DNA from: Azolla caroliniana | Lineage: Eukaryota > Plantae > Polypodiophyta | DNA: 64,000 bases | Direction of reading: 5' to 3' | Assembly (NCBI GenBank): GCA_043228905.1 | Contig: JBHGNT010000016.1 | Coordinates: 2,852,001-2,916,000 of the forward strand | Shown here: positions 44,498-56,779 of the stretch, one piece after another | Layout: every line of letters starts with the position of its first letter | Position numbering within the stretch: the stretch's first letter is position 1 | Program-made: the position numbers and the translations under genes | Notes under the pieces: model-generated | Told to the model about the DNA's origin: nothing | The model's database searches: none | The model's input: the letters and a program-made list of their open reading frames with translations, nothing else

Positions 44498-46983
44498 AGG
44501 CTGCATCGGTTTTCTCCGTCCCAACTCGATTTGGCGCATGCCGGTGGATGCGCGGTTAGGTGGGGGTGGATGTCGTGAAGAAAACCGTCCACAAGCGGAA
44601 TCGGTGCACCAGAGCGTAGGAACCGGCTCTTCATGCACGTGCGCCTTATGTTGTACATAGGAGATCCTAGGCGGGCAGATTCGGTAGGTAGGAAGTAAAG
44701 GGGAAACGGCTCCTTCCTAGCCTATAAAAGGAGGGAGACGAGGAGGAGAAAAGGGATCGCGGAGAGTCGAGGACGGAGTGCTGTCGGTTTGGGTGCGAAG
44801 GCTTCTCTCTCTCTCTCTGGTTCGCAAACTCCAGAGCTTCCTCCTGTGCAGGTTTCGGGAGGCTCGCGCTGCTCTTAGGAATGCCCGAGTGCTTCCGGCA
44901 GCACCTCCAACCTACTCCTTCATCTCTGTGCGTTTACGAACAGGTATCGGCATCTGTTCGCCGGCCTGTTCGGTTGTAACCGATTTCGTGTTCGTTGTTT
45001 GTCTCTGTTAATACATACATACATTCGTGTCTCTCTGTGTCGCTGTCCCACTCGCTTCTTTGTGTCGAAGGGCCGTGTCCCTGTGAATCTACTCTCGCAC
45101 GTAGTGGGTCTCCTCTCCTTTCTCTCTTGCTCTTTGGTACAGGACCCCCGAGGTCTCGCCTCATTCCACGCATTCGCGAGGAATACCTCGACACTGGGCC
45201 GTCCGATCCGACTCGAGCCCTCGACTGAAGTCCGTGATGACTTCGTACATCTCTTCTGAACAAACCGGTATCGTCCGGTCCTCTTTAAGGCCCTCTCCGA
45301 CCACCTCTCGCAGTATTCCCAAGGTATCGTCGAAGGAGACCGCCTCCACGGCTCCGTTGATTTCCTCGCTGGGCCCGAGAACTCTGCACGCCCGAAGTCG
45401 CTCTTCCGTCCTTGTCTTTTCTCAGCCAACGACGTCAACTATCGTACACCCTTCGTTGTCGGAGAAACAAAACTTCCTACTTATGGTACAAGGTTTCTTC
45501 GGTTTCGTCTCTATCGTACATTTGTGGGGTTTTCCCGGAGTGTCCGGACTATCGCGGCCCCACGCCTTGACAGCCCTCTCTAAAAATCCTCTCGGTTCTC
45601 GCCACCGAGGGACTCGCGGTTTCGCTCGTGGTTCGGTCGCACCGTCAGGAATTGGACCGAATGACGCCCGTCCTGACTCTTGACCCTCGCGTAAGCCGAC
45701 CCGTTGTCCAGCACCTTGGTCTCCATCCGTGCTGCTGTAATGTACGGTTCTCCCAGTATGACCGGGTGCGAGGACGTCTCCTGCACAAAGAAGTGTTGGT
45801 CTATCTCGACGTCGCCGATCTTGACTCACACGTTTGGGCAGGCCCCGTGTAGTTCCTCGGTGGCGCGCGTCGCTGCCGATATCTTCCACCCGTGCCTGGT
45901 GTTGATCGGTCATTTCCCCTTCTTGTAGAAGTCCATGGACATCAGGTTTATTTCCGAACCATGGTCCACCAGCGCCACTCCTGAACATCTCCGATCTTCA
46001 CCGGGGTTTCCGTGGTCGCTCGGGCCCAGTGTGGCCTCGAATAGTGGCTCTCCGCCCACTCGTCTTCCAGAGCCATCTCCTTTATGTGCGTCGTCCGCAC
46101 CTCCACCGGCCTTTCCGGTTCTGTCTCCGTCGACAGCCTCTTCCTCTTCACCAAGTCTACGATGGAGTCGTGGAACTCCTTCTTGGCGATTCCGAGCACC
46201 TCCCGCAACGACAGTTCCACCTTGCTGTCGAGGATTCGTTCTTCCAGGACCTTTCGTAGGTCCGTGGTCCTTTCTATCTCCGTGCCCAACCGGTATCCGC
46301 CCTTCTTGTGGTTATCCCGGGCACTGGTCTCATCGGCCTCGTTCCGTTTTGGCCCGAATCGGGTTTCATATCTCTGTGAGGGTCCAGCCCCTCCGGTTTT
46401 ACCTACCCGTTTGTCTTCAACCAGAGCCTCGTAGTTCTGGCAAGCTGCTTCGACGAAACCCGTCTTTTCTTCGACCGGGTCACTCCACCCAGTTACCTCC
46501 TAGACCCGCTTCTCCGCGCGGTCCGCCTCGTCTTTCCTTAGTCGGGCACCGGCGAGGCCTTCCAGAACCCGTCTTTGCTCTCCTTTCGGGCCTCGCTGCT
46601 TCCGACCCGAATACCGGCTGACGCCGAGTAGTGGACGGTCTCCGCGTGCCGGGCCGCCGCCTCTTCCATTAGCCTTTTCATTCCTCCTCGCCCGTCGTTT
46701 CGGTTCAGGGCCCTCCGGGTATCGCTGGTGTGCACCCGACCTTCCCACAGGTACACTACCTGGCTTCTCAAAGCCTCCGCAAAGTCCCTGCAGTCTTTCC
46801 GGATGTGGCCGACCTCGTCGCACCACGTGCACCTATTTCCTGCCGGAGGCCGTCGGTCACGAGCCTGTTCGCCACCTTCCCTCCGAGCCTGGGCGATCTG
46901 GAGATCCTTTACCGCCCGTGTCAACTCCTCCAAAGTTGTTCCCCCGGACGAGCCTCTGACCACGCCAGTCGAAGCCGAACCGG

Positions 46984-47062
46984 TGTCGTAGTGTATTTCG
47001 TACACTACGTGAAAAAGTGGGAACCCGACTCACGCAACGATCCGGCGGCGAAAGACATGACA
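46984..47062. mobile_element. 79-bp TG..CA mini-insertion with CCGG TSD (tiny solo-LTR-like element)
   Basis: Removing it and one CCGG restores the gag sequence GAACCGGTTTCGAGCC. Confidence 0.8.
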
Positions 47063-47085
47063 CCGGTTTCGAGCCACTCCCGGGA

Positions 47086-47185
47086 NNNNNNNNNNNNNNN
47101 NNNNNNNNNNNNNNNNNNNNNNNNNNNNNNNNNNNNNNNNNNNNNNNNNNNNNNNNNNNNNNNNNNNNNNNNNNNNNNNNNNNNN
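47086..47185. other. Assembly gap (100 N)
   Basis: Run of N. Confidence 1.
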
Positions 47186-47326
47186 ACGGGGTCTTGAACC
47201 AAAGAGCAGATGATAGAAGGGGAAAGAGAAAGAGAGAGACGCTTGGTTACGTATGAGCAAAGAAACACAGGGACACGGCTTTGTCAACGCAGAAGACACG
47301 AATGGACACAGAGACAGAAAGACACG

Positions 47327-50300
47327 GAGCAGAAGATGAGGGGGTCAGATCTTGCAGAGGCCATGGCTTCGGCCGTGGACCGGATAATGAGCGTGCGCGA
47401 GGGCACCAGTGCCCTTGACAGGGCTATTGAGGCGATCGTCGGTATGATCGGCCGGTTCAGTGGAAAGGATGCCACGAGTTATTTGGCGTCCTACCGGGCG
47501 GAGATGTTGATGAGGGATATTCCAGAAGAGAGGCGTATTGCCGGATTCCCTCAAGTGGCGATGCCGGGCATCCATGCGGAGGTGCTCGAGGTCCGGGCGG
47601 AGAGCCGGACCTAGGAGGAGTTCGAAGTGCGGCTCCTGGAGAAATACGGGATGGATGACGCGCTTCGGCTTTCGAAGCGGGGCTTCATGGAGTGGGTGGA
47701 GTTCCCCAACAAAGGAAGAAATGCGTCAATACTCCTCCGGGAGTTTGAGGAACGCTTTGCGCGCCTTTCGGCGCTCGATCGGACCGTTCTTGACACAAGT
47801 CGTGTCCTACTGTTTGTCAAATCGGTTGACGCACGGGATCGGGGGCAAGTTGGCTCCTTACTGGAAACTGAAGACGGGCTGACGACTGACTGGGCCGCGG
47901 TAAAGAGAGTCTGCGGCCGTTTTGACAAACGGTGGGAGTGGGCTGATACAGAGGCGACCGGGGCGGGACCTGTCGCAGCAAGGAAGCTCGAACCGATACT
48001 GCAGGCGCGAAGGGAAGAGACCCGAGAGTGGCTCGAAACCGGTTCGTCTTCGACCGACGTGATCAGAGGCTCATCCGGGGGAACAGCTCTGGAGGAGTTG
48101 ACACGAGCGGTAAAGGATCTCCAAATCGCCCAGGCTCGGAGGGAAGGCGGCGATCAGGCTCGTGACCGATGGCCTCCGGCAGGAAGTAGGTGCATGTGGT
48201 GCGACGAGGTCGGCCACATCCGGAAAGACTGCGGGGACTTTATGGAGGCTTTGAGAAGCCGGGTAGTGTACCTGTGGGAAGGTCGGGTGCACGCCAGCGA
48301 TACCCGGAGGGCCCTGAACCGAAACGACAAGAGAGGAGGAATGAAAAGGCTGATGGAAGAGGCGGCAGCCCGGCACGCGGAGACCATCCACTACTCAGCG
48401 TCAGCCGGTATTCGGGTCGGGGGCAGCGGGGCCTGGAAGGAGAGCAAAGCCGAGTTCTGGCTTACGGTGCTGGAAGGCCTCGCCGGTGCCCGACTGAAGA
48501 GAGACGAGGCGGACCGCGCGGAGAAGCGAGTCCAGGAGGTAACCGGGTGGAGTGACCCGGTCGAAAAAAAGATAGGTTTCGTCGAAGCAACTTGCCAGAA
48601 CTACAAGGCTCTGGTTGAAGACAAACGGGTAGGTAAAATCAGAGGGGCCAGACATACGAAACCCGATTCGGGCCGAAACGGAACAAGGCCGATGAGTCCA
48701 GTGCCCGGGATAACCACAAGAAGGGAGGATACCGTTTGGGCACGAAGATCGAAAGGTCCTGGACGAACGAATCCTCGACAGCAAGGTGGAACTGTCATTG
48801 CGGGAGGTGCTCGGGATCGCCAAGGAGTTCCACGACTCCATCGTGGACTTGGTGAAGAGGAAGAGGCTGTCGACAGAGGCAGAACCAGAAAGGCCGGTGG
48901 AAGTGCGGACGACGCACATAGAGGACATGGCACAGGAAGACGAGTGGGCGGAGAGCCACTATTCGAGGCCACACTGGACCCGAGCAACCACGGAAACCCC
49001 AGTGAAGATCGGAGATGTTCAGGAACCGGTGGTGGCGCTGGTGGACCACGGTTCGGAAATAAACCTGATGTCCATGGACTTCTACAAGAAGGGGAAATGG
49101 CCGATCAACACTAAGCACGGGTGGAAGATACGGGCGGCGACGCGCGCCACCGAGGAACTACACGGGGCCTGCCCAAACGTGTGAGTCAAGATCGGCGACG
49201 TCGAGATAGACCAGCACTTCTTTGTGCAGGAAACGTCCTCGCACCCGGTCATACTAGGGGAACCGTACATTACGGCAGCACGAATGGAGACCAAGGTGCT
49301 GGACAACGGATCGGCTTACGCGAGGGTCAAGAGTCAGGATGGGCGTCATTCGGTCCAGTTCCTGATGGTGCGACCCAACCACGAGCGAAACCGCGAGTCC
49401 CTCGGTGGCGAGAACCGAGAGGATTTTTAGAGAGGGCTGCCAAGGCGTGGGGCCGCGACAGTCCGGACACTCCGGGAAAACCCCACAAATGTACGATAGA
49501 AGCGAAAACAAAGAAACCTTGTACCATAAGTAGGAAGTTTTGTTTCTCCGACAACGGAGGGTGTACGATAGTCGGCGTCGTAGGCCGAGAAATGACAAGG
49601 GCAGAAGAGCGACTTCGGGCGTGCGGAGTTCTCGGGCCCAGCTAGGATATCAACGGAGCCGTGGAGGCGGTCTCCTTCGACGATACCTTGGGAATATTGC
49701 GAGGGATGGTCGAAGAGGGCCTTAAAGAGGACCGGACGATACCGGTTTGTTCTGAAGAAATGTACGAAGTCATCGCGGACTTTAGTCGAGGGCTCCAGTC
49801 GGATAGGACGGCCCGGGTTAACACGAAGTACAAGACTGTGGACCGGAAGGTGAGGCCAGTCGCGGCACCCTTACCGGAGGGCAGCGAGTTACAAATCAAG
49901 GGGGTCGCGTCGGACCCCAGTTTACGAGATCTGGCCTGCATAGGGCACGCCTTCACCGACAGAACGCTACGGGAGCTCAAAATCGGTGGGGGCGGTTTCC
50001 TACTGCCGGCGGAAGAAGACCGGTTTTGGAGAATGCTCGAAAGGCACGGGAAAGCCTTCGCATTCTCACCAGAAGAGATCGGGTGCGTAGACCCGACAGT
50101 CGTGAAGCCGATGGTGATATTCATGGTACCGCATGTCCCGTGGAATCTCAAACCAATTCCGGTACCGAGAGCTCACATCCCGGAGCTGATGGAGCTGTTG
50201 AGGCAGAAAGTCGATATGGGCAGAGGCTAGAGGACGCGAGGCTCACCTTCTCCGGGGAGAAATCGGCCTTCGGGCAATCGGAGATCATGGTCGTCGGACA

Positions 50301-53158
50301 TCTATGCAGAGCGTATGGCCGGAAACCGTCTCCGGCCAAGGTGGAAGCCATCTCCGCTATGAAGCCCGACTGTAACTCGGTCACGGAGGTACGGAGGTTC
50401 TTGGGAGCATGCGCGTTCTACCACATATGGATCCCGCATTACGCCCACGTTGCCGAGCCGCTATACGGGTTGCTGAAAAAGGGGAGAAGATTTGAGTGGC
50501 GAGATGAGCATGCGGAGTCGGTCCAAAAGATGAAGGAGGCTCTTGTTGCAGCTCCGGCACTCCGGAAGGCTGTCTACGAGAAAGGCACCCCGATCTACAT
50601 AACGGTAGATACGAGTCTGACCGGGATCGGATGGGTCGTCAACCAAGAAGAGGAGGACGGCATTCGGTTCCCAATCCGGTTCGGCGCGAAGGTCCTCAGC
50701 GAGCGGCAGCGAGGATACGCCCAGGTTAAACGCGAACTCTGGGGTATCGTTTCGGCGGTAAAGGCCGATAAAGACTATCTGATTGGGACAGAGGTGATTA
50801 TCGAGACGGATTGCCTGCTGCTTCTCGGCATGGTTTCCGGATGCACAACCCCGGACAAGGCAATGCTCAGGTGGATAGCGTACATCAAGTCCCTGGATCC
50901 GGAAATACGACACATTTCCGGGAAAGACAATGCCATGGCCGACATGCTTTCGAGGGCGCGATTCGACGATGAGGGCGGCATGGTTTCGGAGGACGAGGAA
51001 GTCGGCATAGACTTCTTCGAGGCGGCTTACGTAACAACCAAGGGGGGAAGCACTCCGGTGCTTAACGATTTCAACGAGAGCAAGTACGACGGGGAGTGGC
51101 TGCAGATTGGGGGATTCTTAAGGACAATGGTGCCGAACGCATCGTGGACAAGGGACGAGGCCAACCGGATCCGGAAGAAAGCGTACCGATTCTTTCTCCG
51201 GGACGGATACTTGTTGAACACCCGAAGAAGAGGAACAACATCCCGCTCCGAGTAGTGGCGATGAAGGAGGAACAGGAGGAATTGCTGAAGGCCTACCACG
51301 ACAGCCCCTGGGCTGGACACCGTGGGACGTGGGCCACGTTCGAGAAACTAAAGGGGAAGTACTGGTGGCCGGGACTATACTGGGACGTGCGTCAGTTCGT
51401 GACAAGTTGTGAGAGCTGTCAGATGCACTCCATAGTCCGACATCGGGACGAGCTTCACCCTACATACCCTACGGCCATCCACTTCAAATGGATGGTAGAT
51501 TTGGTGACGATGCCGATGAGCGTAGGGCAGATGCGATATCTGGTGCTGGCCCGGGAGGACCTAACGAACCAGGTGGAAGGCCGAGCCCTGCAGAACAAAA
51601 CGACCGCGGTCGTGTGTCGATTCCTGATCGAGGATGTGATATGCCGGTGCGGGTGCGTCAGGAAGATCGTGGCTGACCGCGGGGAGTTGAACGCTGAAGA
51701 GGCCGAAGAGTTGTTTGACCGGTTAGGGGTCAAGCTCTTGCTCACCACAGCGTACAATCCGGAGGCAAACGGGAAGGTGGAGCGCGGGCATGGACCAATC
51801 GTCAAAGCGCTAGTCCAGGCGTGCGAAGGACAGGTCGGGAACTGGCCACGACTGTTACCCTATGCCTTGTGGGCGGACTGGACAATGCACAGTTCGGTAA
51901 CCGGGTTCATGCCGTCAGAACTCATGTTCGGACAGAAGCCGATCATGTCGATGGAACGGACGATCTCCTCTTGGGCGACAGTAGACTGGAGTGACGAAAT
52001 GAGTCGGGAAGAACTGCTAGCGGCGCGTATACGGCAGCTCGAGCGGAGGCCAGAGGACGTGGAACGAGCGGTGGAGAGACTTCGGGTGGCGAGGATGAAG
52101 AACAAAGCCCGGTTCGACTGGACGCACCGGCTCCGACCAAAGAAAATCGAGGAAGGTGACTGGGTGCTAGTCTATGACAGCAGCCTCGACAACTAGCACC
52201 GAGCAACACGAAAGTTTTCGAAGTGGTGGTTCGGGCCTTACATGGTAACAAGCGCCAACGACAACGGGATGTATCACCTGGCGGAACTCGACGGTACGAG
52301 GATGGCGATGCCGGTAGCAGGGAAGCGGGTCAAAGCGTTCAAGAAACGCCACGACGACGAACCGGATCTAAGAGGCCTGGACAGCGAAGACGAACAGTCC
52401 GAAACGGAGGACGAACCAATGGACGAAGAAATGGAACTCGGACCAGTTTTCTCCAACCAAAACCCAATTTTGGCGCATACCGGTGCATGCGCGGTTAGGT
52501 GGGGGTGGATGTCGTGAAGAAAACCGTCCCTTGGCGCAATCGGTGCATAGTGCGTGTGAACCGGCTCTTCACGTGTGCGCGCCCTTAATGTATATAATAG
52601 GGAATTAAGTACGAAGGCATATCCAGGTAGTTAGATTCGGTAGGTAGGAAGTAAATGAGGGAGACGGCTCCCTTCTTAACGCTATAAAGGAGAGGGAGAC
52701 GCAGGGAGAAGGGATCGCGCATTGAGGAGGACGAAGTGTTGTCGGACCGGAACCGAACGCTTCTCCTCTGTCTGTTCTTGGTTGCTCTTCTCTGTAGGTT
52801 TCGGGAGGCTCGCGCTGCTTCGCAGAACGCCCGTGTGCTTCCGGCAGCACCTCCATCCTATCCCCTTTTCGTGCGCAGACAAACAGGCATCGGCATCTGT
52901 TCGCCGGCCTGTTCGGTTGTAACCGCTCGCGTGCTCTGCTATGTACTTGTTATTCGTTAATATACAAACACTTGTGTCTCCATGTCTCTGTGTCCATTCG
53001 CGTCTTCTGTGTTGACGGGCCGTGCCCCTGTGTTTCTTTGCTCATACGTGACCGAGCGTCTCTCTCTTTCTCTTTCCCCCCTTCTATCACCTCCTCTTCG
53101 GTTCAAGACCCCGGTGGTCCCGCCTCGTTTCTCCACGCACGCGCGTAGTAACGCGACA
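47327..53158 (+). mobile_element. Degenerate gypsy W copy I, lacking 5' LTR and PBS; RT core deleted at ~50221; 3' LTR 52510-53158
   Basis: gag from ATG 47336, slippery site at 49421, pol fragments to 52517. Confidence 0.9.
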
Positions 53159-53643
53159 ACGGGGATCCTACTCACGCACACTGACAGAACACACCCCACT
53201 CAAAGAAACAAAAAGGGGAGAGCCTCTGCTGGAAGCGCACGGGTTGTCCACGAAGCAAAGGCAGCGAACTCCCGACCCCACAGAGACCGACAATCGGCGG
53301 AGAAGAGCAAGCTCGGCACTCGGTCCTGCAACCCTTTGTCCTCCCTCATGCGCGATTTCTTTTCCTCCTCCTTTTTCTTCTTCTCCTCTCCCTCCTTCAA
53401 ATGTTCGCCCAAAAGGGGGTGCCCCTTTCTCCCTAGTCAAATCGCTTTATTCCCTGTCCCTTTTGACAAAGATACGCACAATTCCCTAATAAATGTGTAC
53501 TACTACTTAGTATTTACATCAGCCGACCCAATTACGAATTATGTACAAAATATCAAAATATCAATTCACGCGTCCATCCGTGTAAGAGCCGGTTCATGCG
53601 CCCTTTTGTCCGATTCCGCCTATGGCCGGTTTTCTTCACGACA
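53159..53643 (-). repeat. Remnant LTR of another W-related element
   Basis: Ends in the family terminus GGTTTTCTTCACGACA; copia sequence follows. Confidence 0.72.
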
Positions 53644-54058
53644 GCGGCATTCCACACGAGACCACCGAGGAGAAGAGATGTTGTACTGGAACTAGTACAC
53701 ACAGACGTGTGCTATGTGGATGCCCCATTGCATTGAGGAGGACAATACTTTGTTACGTTTATTGACGACTATAGTCGGAAAACATGGGCCTTCGTACTAA
53801 AGTCAAAGGATCAAGTACTGTCAGTTTTCAAGGAGTTCCAGGCAAGAACCGAAAGAGAGTCAGGTCGGAAACTGAAGGTTGTTCGAACCGACAACGGTGG
53901 CGAGTATAAAGGGCAGTTCGAAGAATACTGCAAGTGCCAAGGTATTCGGATCGAATACACAGTACGGTGCCAAAGACCCCAGAGTTGAACGGGCTTGAAG
54001 AGAGGATGAATCGAACAATCAAGGAGAGAGTAAGGAGCATGCTCTCCCATGCGAAACT
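53644..54058 (+). pseudogene. Copia-2 integrase core fragment
   Basis: LELVHTDVC, FIDDYSRK, VRTDNGGEY, RMNRTIKERVRSML, with frameshifts. Confidence 0.87.
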
Positions 54059-54473
54059 ATGCGAAACTCTCCCTTTTCTTCTTATCCCTCCTTTTACAAT
54101 ATAACCTCATACCAAAGCCTTCCCCTTATACATTAAAGCCCATAAAATCCTCTTCCTTCTTCTCCAAATCTTTCCCCCCCTTTCAAATCACATCCATAAG
54201 CACACCCCCACTCCCTATTGTCATTTCTCTAAAGCCACTCCGAAAACTCCTTATATAAACCTATCCACCCCGAATGGTCATTGTAGCACTGATGAGTCCC
54301 GTAGGGGGCAAAACTAGTTTGCTCATGACCATTACCCATTGTATTGTAATTTTTCCTTTTTCTTAATGAAAATTAGTCTCCTTCTTAATCTCTCCCTCTC
54401 TCTCATCTAGACTATTTAGCTTATGGTTATGTTTTAATTTGTTTCTAGTTTTAATGTTAGTGATTAATCCCTC

Positions 54474-54522
<49 letters not shown>

Positions 54523-54654
54523 CCCCCTTCCTCTATCTCTTATTATGCCTCACTTACACCAAGTTTGCCAAATAATTTGGGTGTGCTCAAATTATTCTTG
54601 GTGTTTCTTTTCACTTTACTCCCTCTTGCACTTAATCGTAAACCCTTTTGTCCT

Positions 54655-54759
54655 CTAAACCCTAAGCCCGAAACAAACACTAAACCCTAATTCTTAAACC
54701 CTAAACCCTAACCCTAAACCAAAACCAAAACTCAAACCCTAATTCCTAAACCCTAAACC
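54655..54759 (+). repeat. Degenerate interstitial telomere-like (CCCTAAA)n tract
   Basis: Multiple AAACCCTA(A) units. Confidence 0.7.
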
Positions 54760-54809
54760 TTTTCTCTATAACTCTACATCTCACATATTGCACCCACTGA
54801 TTGCCTACC

Positions 54810-55680
54810 GTCTGCACTCCTTGTTTCGACTTCACGGTCCAATTGAGAACACACAAGGTTTATGCGGATCGTCATCGACTCCCATCCAGTTTTAACATTG
54901 GAGATCGGGTATGGCTACTACGACGACACATCAAGACTACTCGCCCATGCGAGAAGTTGGATTATCGGTGATTAGGTCCTTTCCGTATTATAGGAAAGAT
55001 TAATGATGTCGCTTTTCATCTCGATCTACCTCCACAACTTCGGATACATCCGGTGTTTCATAGTTCTCTCCTCGAACATCAAGAGAGCACCATCCTAGGA
55101 CGGATTACACAACCTCCACCCCCGATCGAGCTTGAAGATGGACCTGAGTACGAGGTTGCCGCTATCCTTGATTCCAAGATTGTTCGCAACAAGCTCTACT
55201 ATCTAGTTGATTGGCTATGATATAGTCCCAGTGAGCGTACTTGGGAACCGATAGAGAATGTCACCAATGCGCATGCTCTTCTCTAAGACTTCCATCGTCA
55301 ATATCCAGACAAACCGGGTCTTCAATCCAAAATTACTGGTAACACTCGTCGTTTTAAAGGGGGGATAGTGTCATGATATGGCAAGACTCGAACCCATGAC
55401 CTTATGCTACATGGGTCGAGCTCTTGACCATTAGACCATACATTGTAATACATAGAATATTATTTTCATTTATGTTTTATCATAGAAAATTGATGTATAT
55501 TCTAGATTTCTCTAGAACATTCTAGAAATTTCAGGAGTATCCCTTAGAACACTATAAAAGGAGGCACAAGGCATTATTTCGAACCAAATCGGTTCAACGC
55601 CAGTCTTAAGCCTCCTAGCTACTACTGTACATCCTCTTCCCATAATATATATATCTTTTCTATCATCACACACACACACA

Positions 55681-55719
<39 letters not shown>

Positions 55720-55841
55720 TCTCTCGAGAGTTCTTCACCTCTCTTAGTACTAATACTTCTCTTAGTACTAATACTTCTTTTAGTACTAATTCTACTTCTT
55801 TTAGTACTAATTCCTTCTCTGTCTTAGTACTGTTCCTGACA
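54810..55841 (+). mobile_element. 3' fragment of Tcn1-like chromovirus K (integrase end, chromodomain, PPT, LTR 55369-55841)
   Basis: Closely matches the reverse complement of 16197-16740; the LTR is homologous to the C and E LTRs. Confidence 0.9.
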
Positions 55842-56186
55842 CTTATAGAGGAAGAGTATATGGCAGCGGTAGAAGCCGGAAAAGAGCTTATCTGGATGAG
55901 AAATTTTCTCACCGAACTAGGCTTGAAGCAAAAGGAGTTCTTGCTTCACTGTGACAGCCAAAGTGCCATACACCTAGCCAAGAACGCAGCATACCACTCC
56001 CGGACCAAGCACATACAAAGAAGGTATCACTGGTTGCGGGAGAGAGTTGAAGATGGAGAGTTTGCTCTTGTGAAGATCCATACTGACGACAATGGATCCA
56101 ACATGTTGACGAAGAACCTACCTATGGACAAACTCAGAATCTATCGACAAAATACAGGACTGACAAATTTCCTCCCACAGGAGTGA
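55842..56186 (+). pseudogene. Copia-2 RNase H C-terminus
   Basis: EYMAAVEAGKE, CDSQSAIHLAKN, HSRTKHI, NMLTK. Confidence 0.9.
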
Positions 56187-56196
56187 AGGGGGAGTT

Positions 56197-56779
56197 TGTT
56201 GGGAATATGTCCCTCTAGTGGGAGGATGATCCGACTGTTCGGAAAGCCGACAGTCGAAGAGTTGGAAAATAGGAGCCGAGTTGATGAGGAACTCGGCCTT
56301 GGCCGATAGGCCTCGACCGAAACCGGAATCGTGTAAATAGCCAACTCGGGAGACTATATTTGTAAATAGTCTTAGTGCGCACCCCATGAGGGCTATGTAT
56401 GTAAATAACCAGAAAGTTGCGTAAGTATATATATGCAACTAGGGCAAACATGTTGTATGTGAGATGTAGGAACAAAAGTAGTCGAAAACTCTGTGCAAGA
56501 GTGAGAGTGAGAGAGAAGTGTGAGCCGCGCCATAGTTGTGTGAGTAACAACAAACGCGAAGAGCCCTATGCAACTGCTACACTCGACCGAGTGTTGTATT
56601 CCTCTTGGTGTTGTATATCCATTTCGTATAGTGAAGAAATCTGTTCACTCGTGGTTTTCCCGTTTTAGGGTTTCCACGTAAATCTCAGTGTACATCTGTT
56701 TATCTTGTTTTTTCTAGTGTATTTGTATTTCAACGTTGTCTATCTATTGTGATTTAAATTCCGCAATGATTTCTCAACA
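56197..56779 (+). repeat. Copia-2 3' LTR
   Basis: Follows PPT GAAGGGGGAG; TGTTGGG..CAACA; shares the GTGGTTTTCCC..TAGGGTTTCCACGTAAA motif with the Copia-1 LTR. Confidence 0.8.

Larger units (their letters stand above)
38389..45193 (+). mobile_element. Full-length but mutated gypsy W copy F
   Basis: 623-bp LTRs at 38389-39011 and 44571-45193 (at least 5 mismatches), CCGG/CTGG TSD, Trp PBS at 39016-39033. Confidence 0.95.
34583..47326 (-). mobile_element. Degenerate gypsy W copy H (3' LTR 34583-35235), interrupted by F, a 79-bp insertion and the assembly gap
   Basis: Pol fragments at 35228-38388; gag-PR at 45580-47085; an LTR piece at 47186-47326 matches the 3' LTR. Confidence 0.88.

Noticed and set aside
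52982-53695. 237-aa ORF as a host or env-like gene
   Set aside because: It spans two LTR pieces and a copia junction, has low complexity and no domain.
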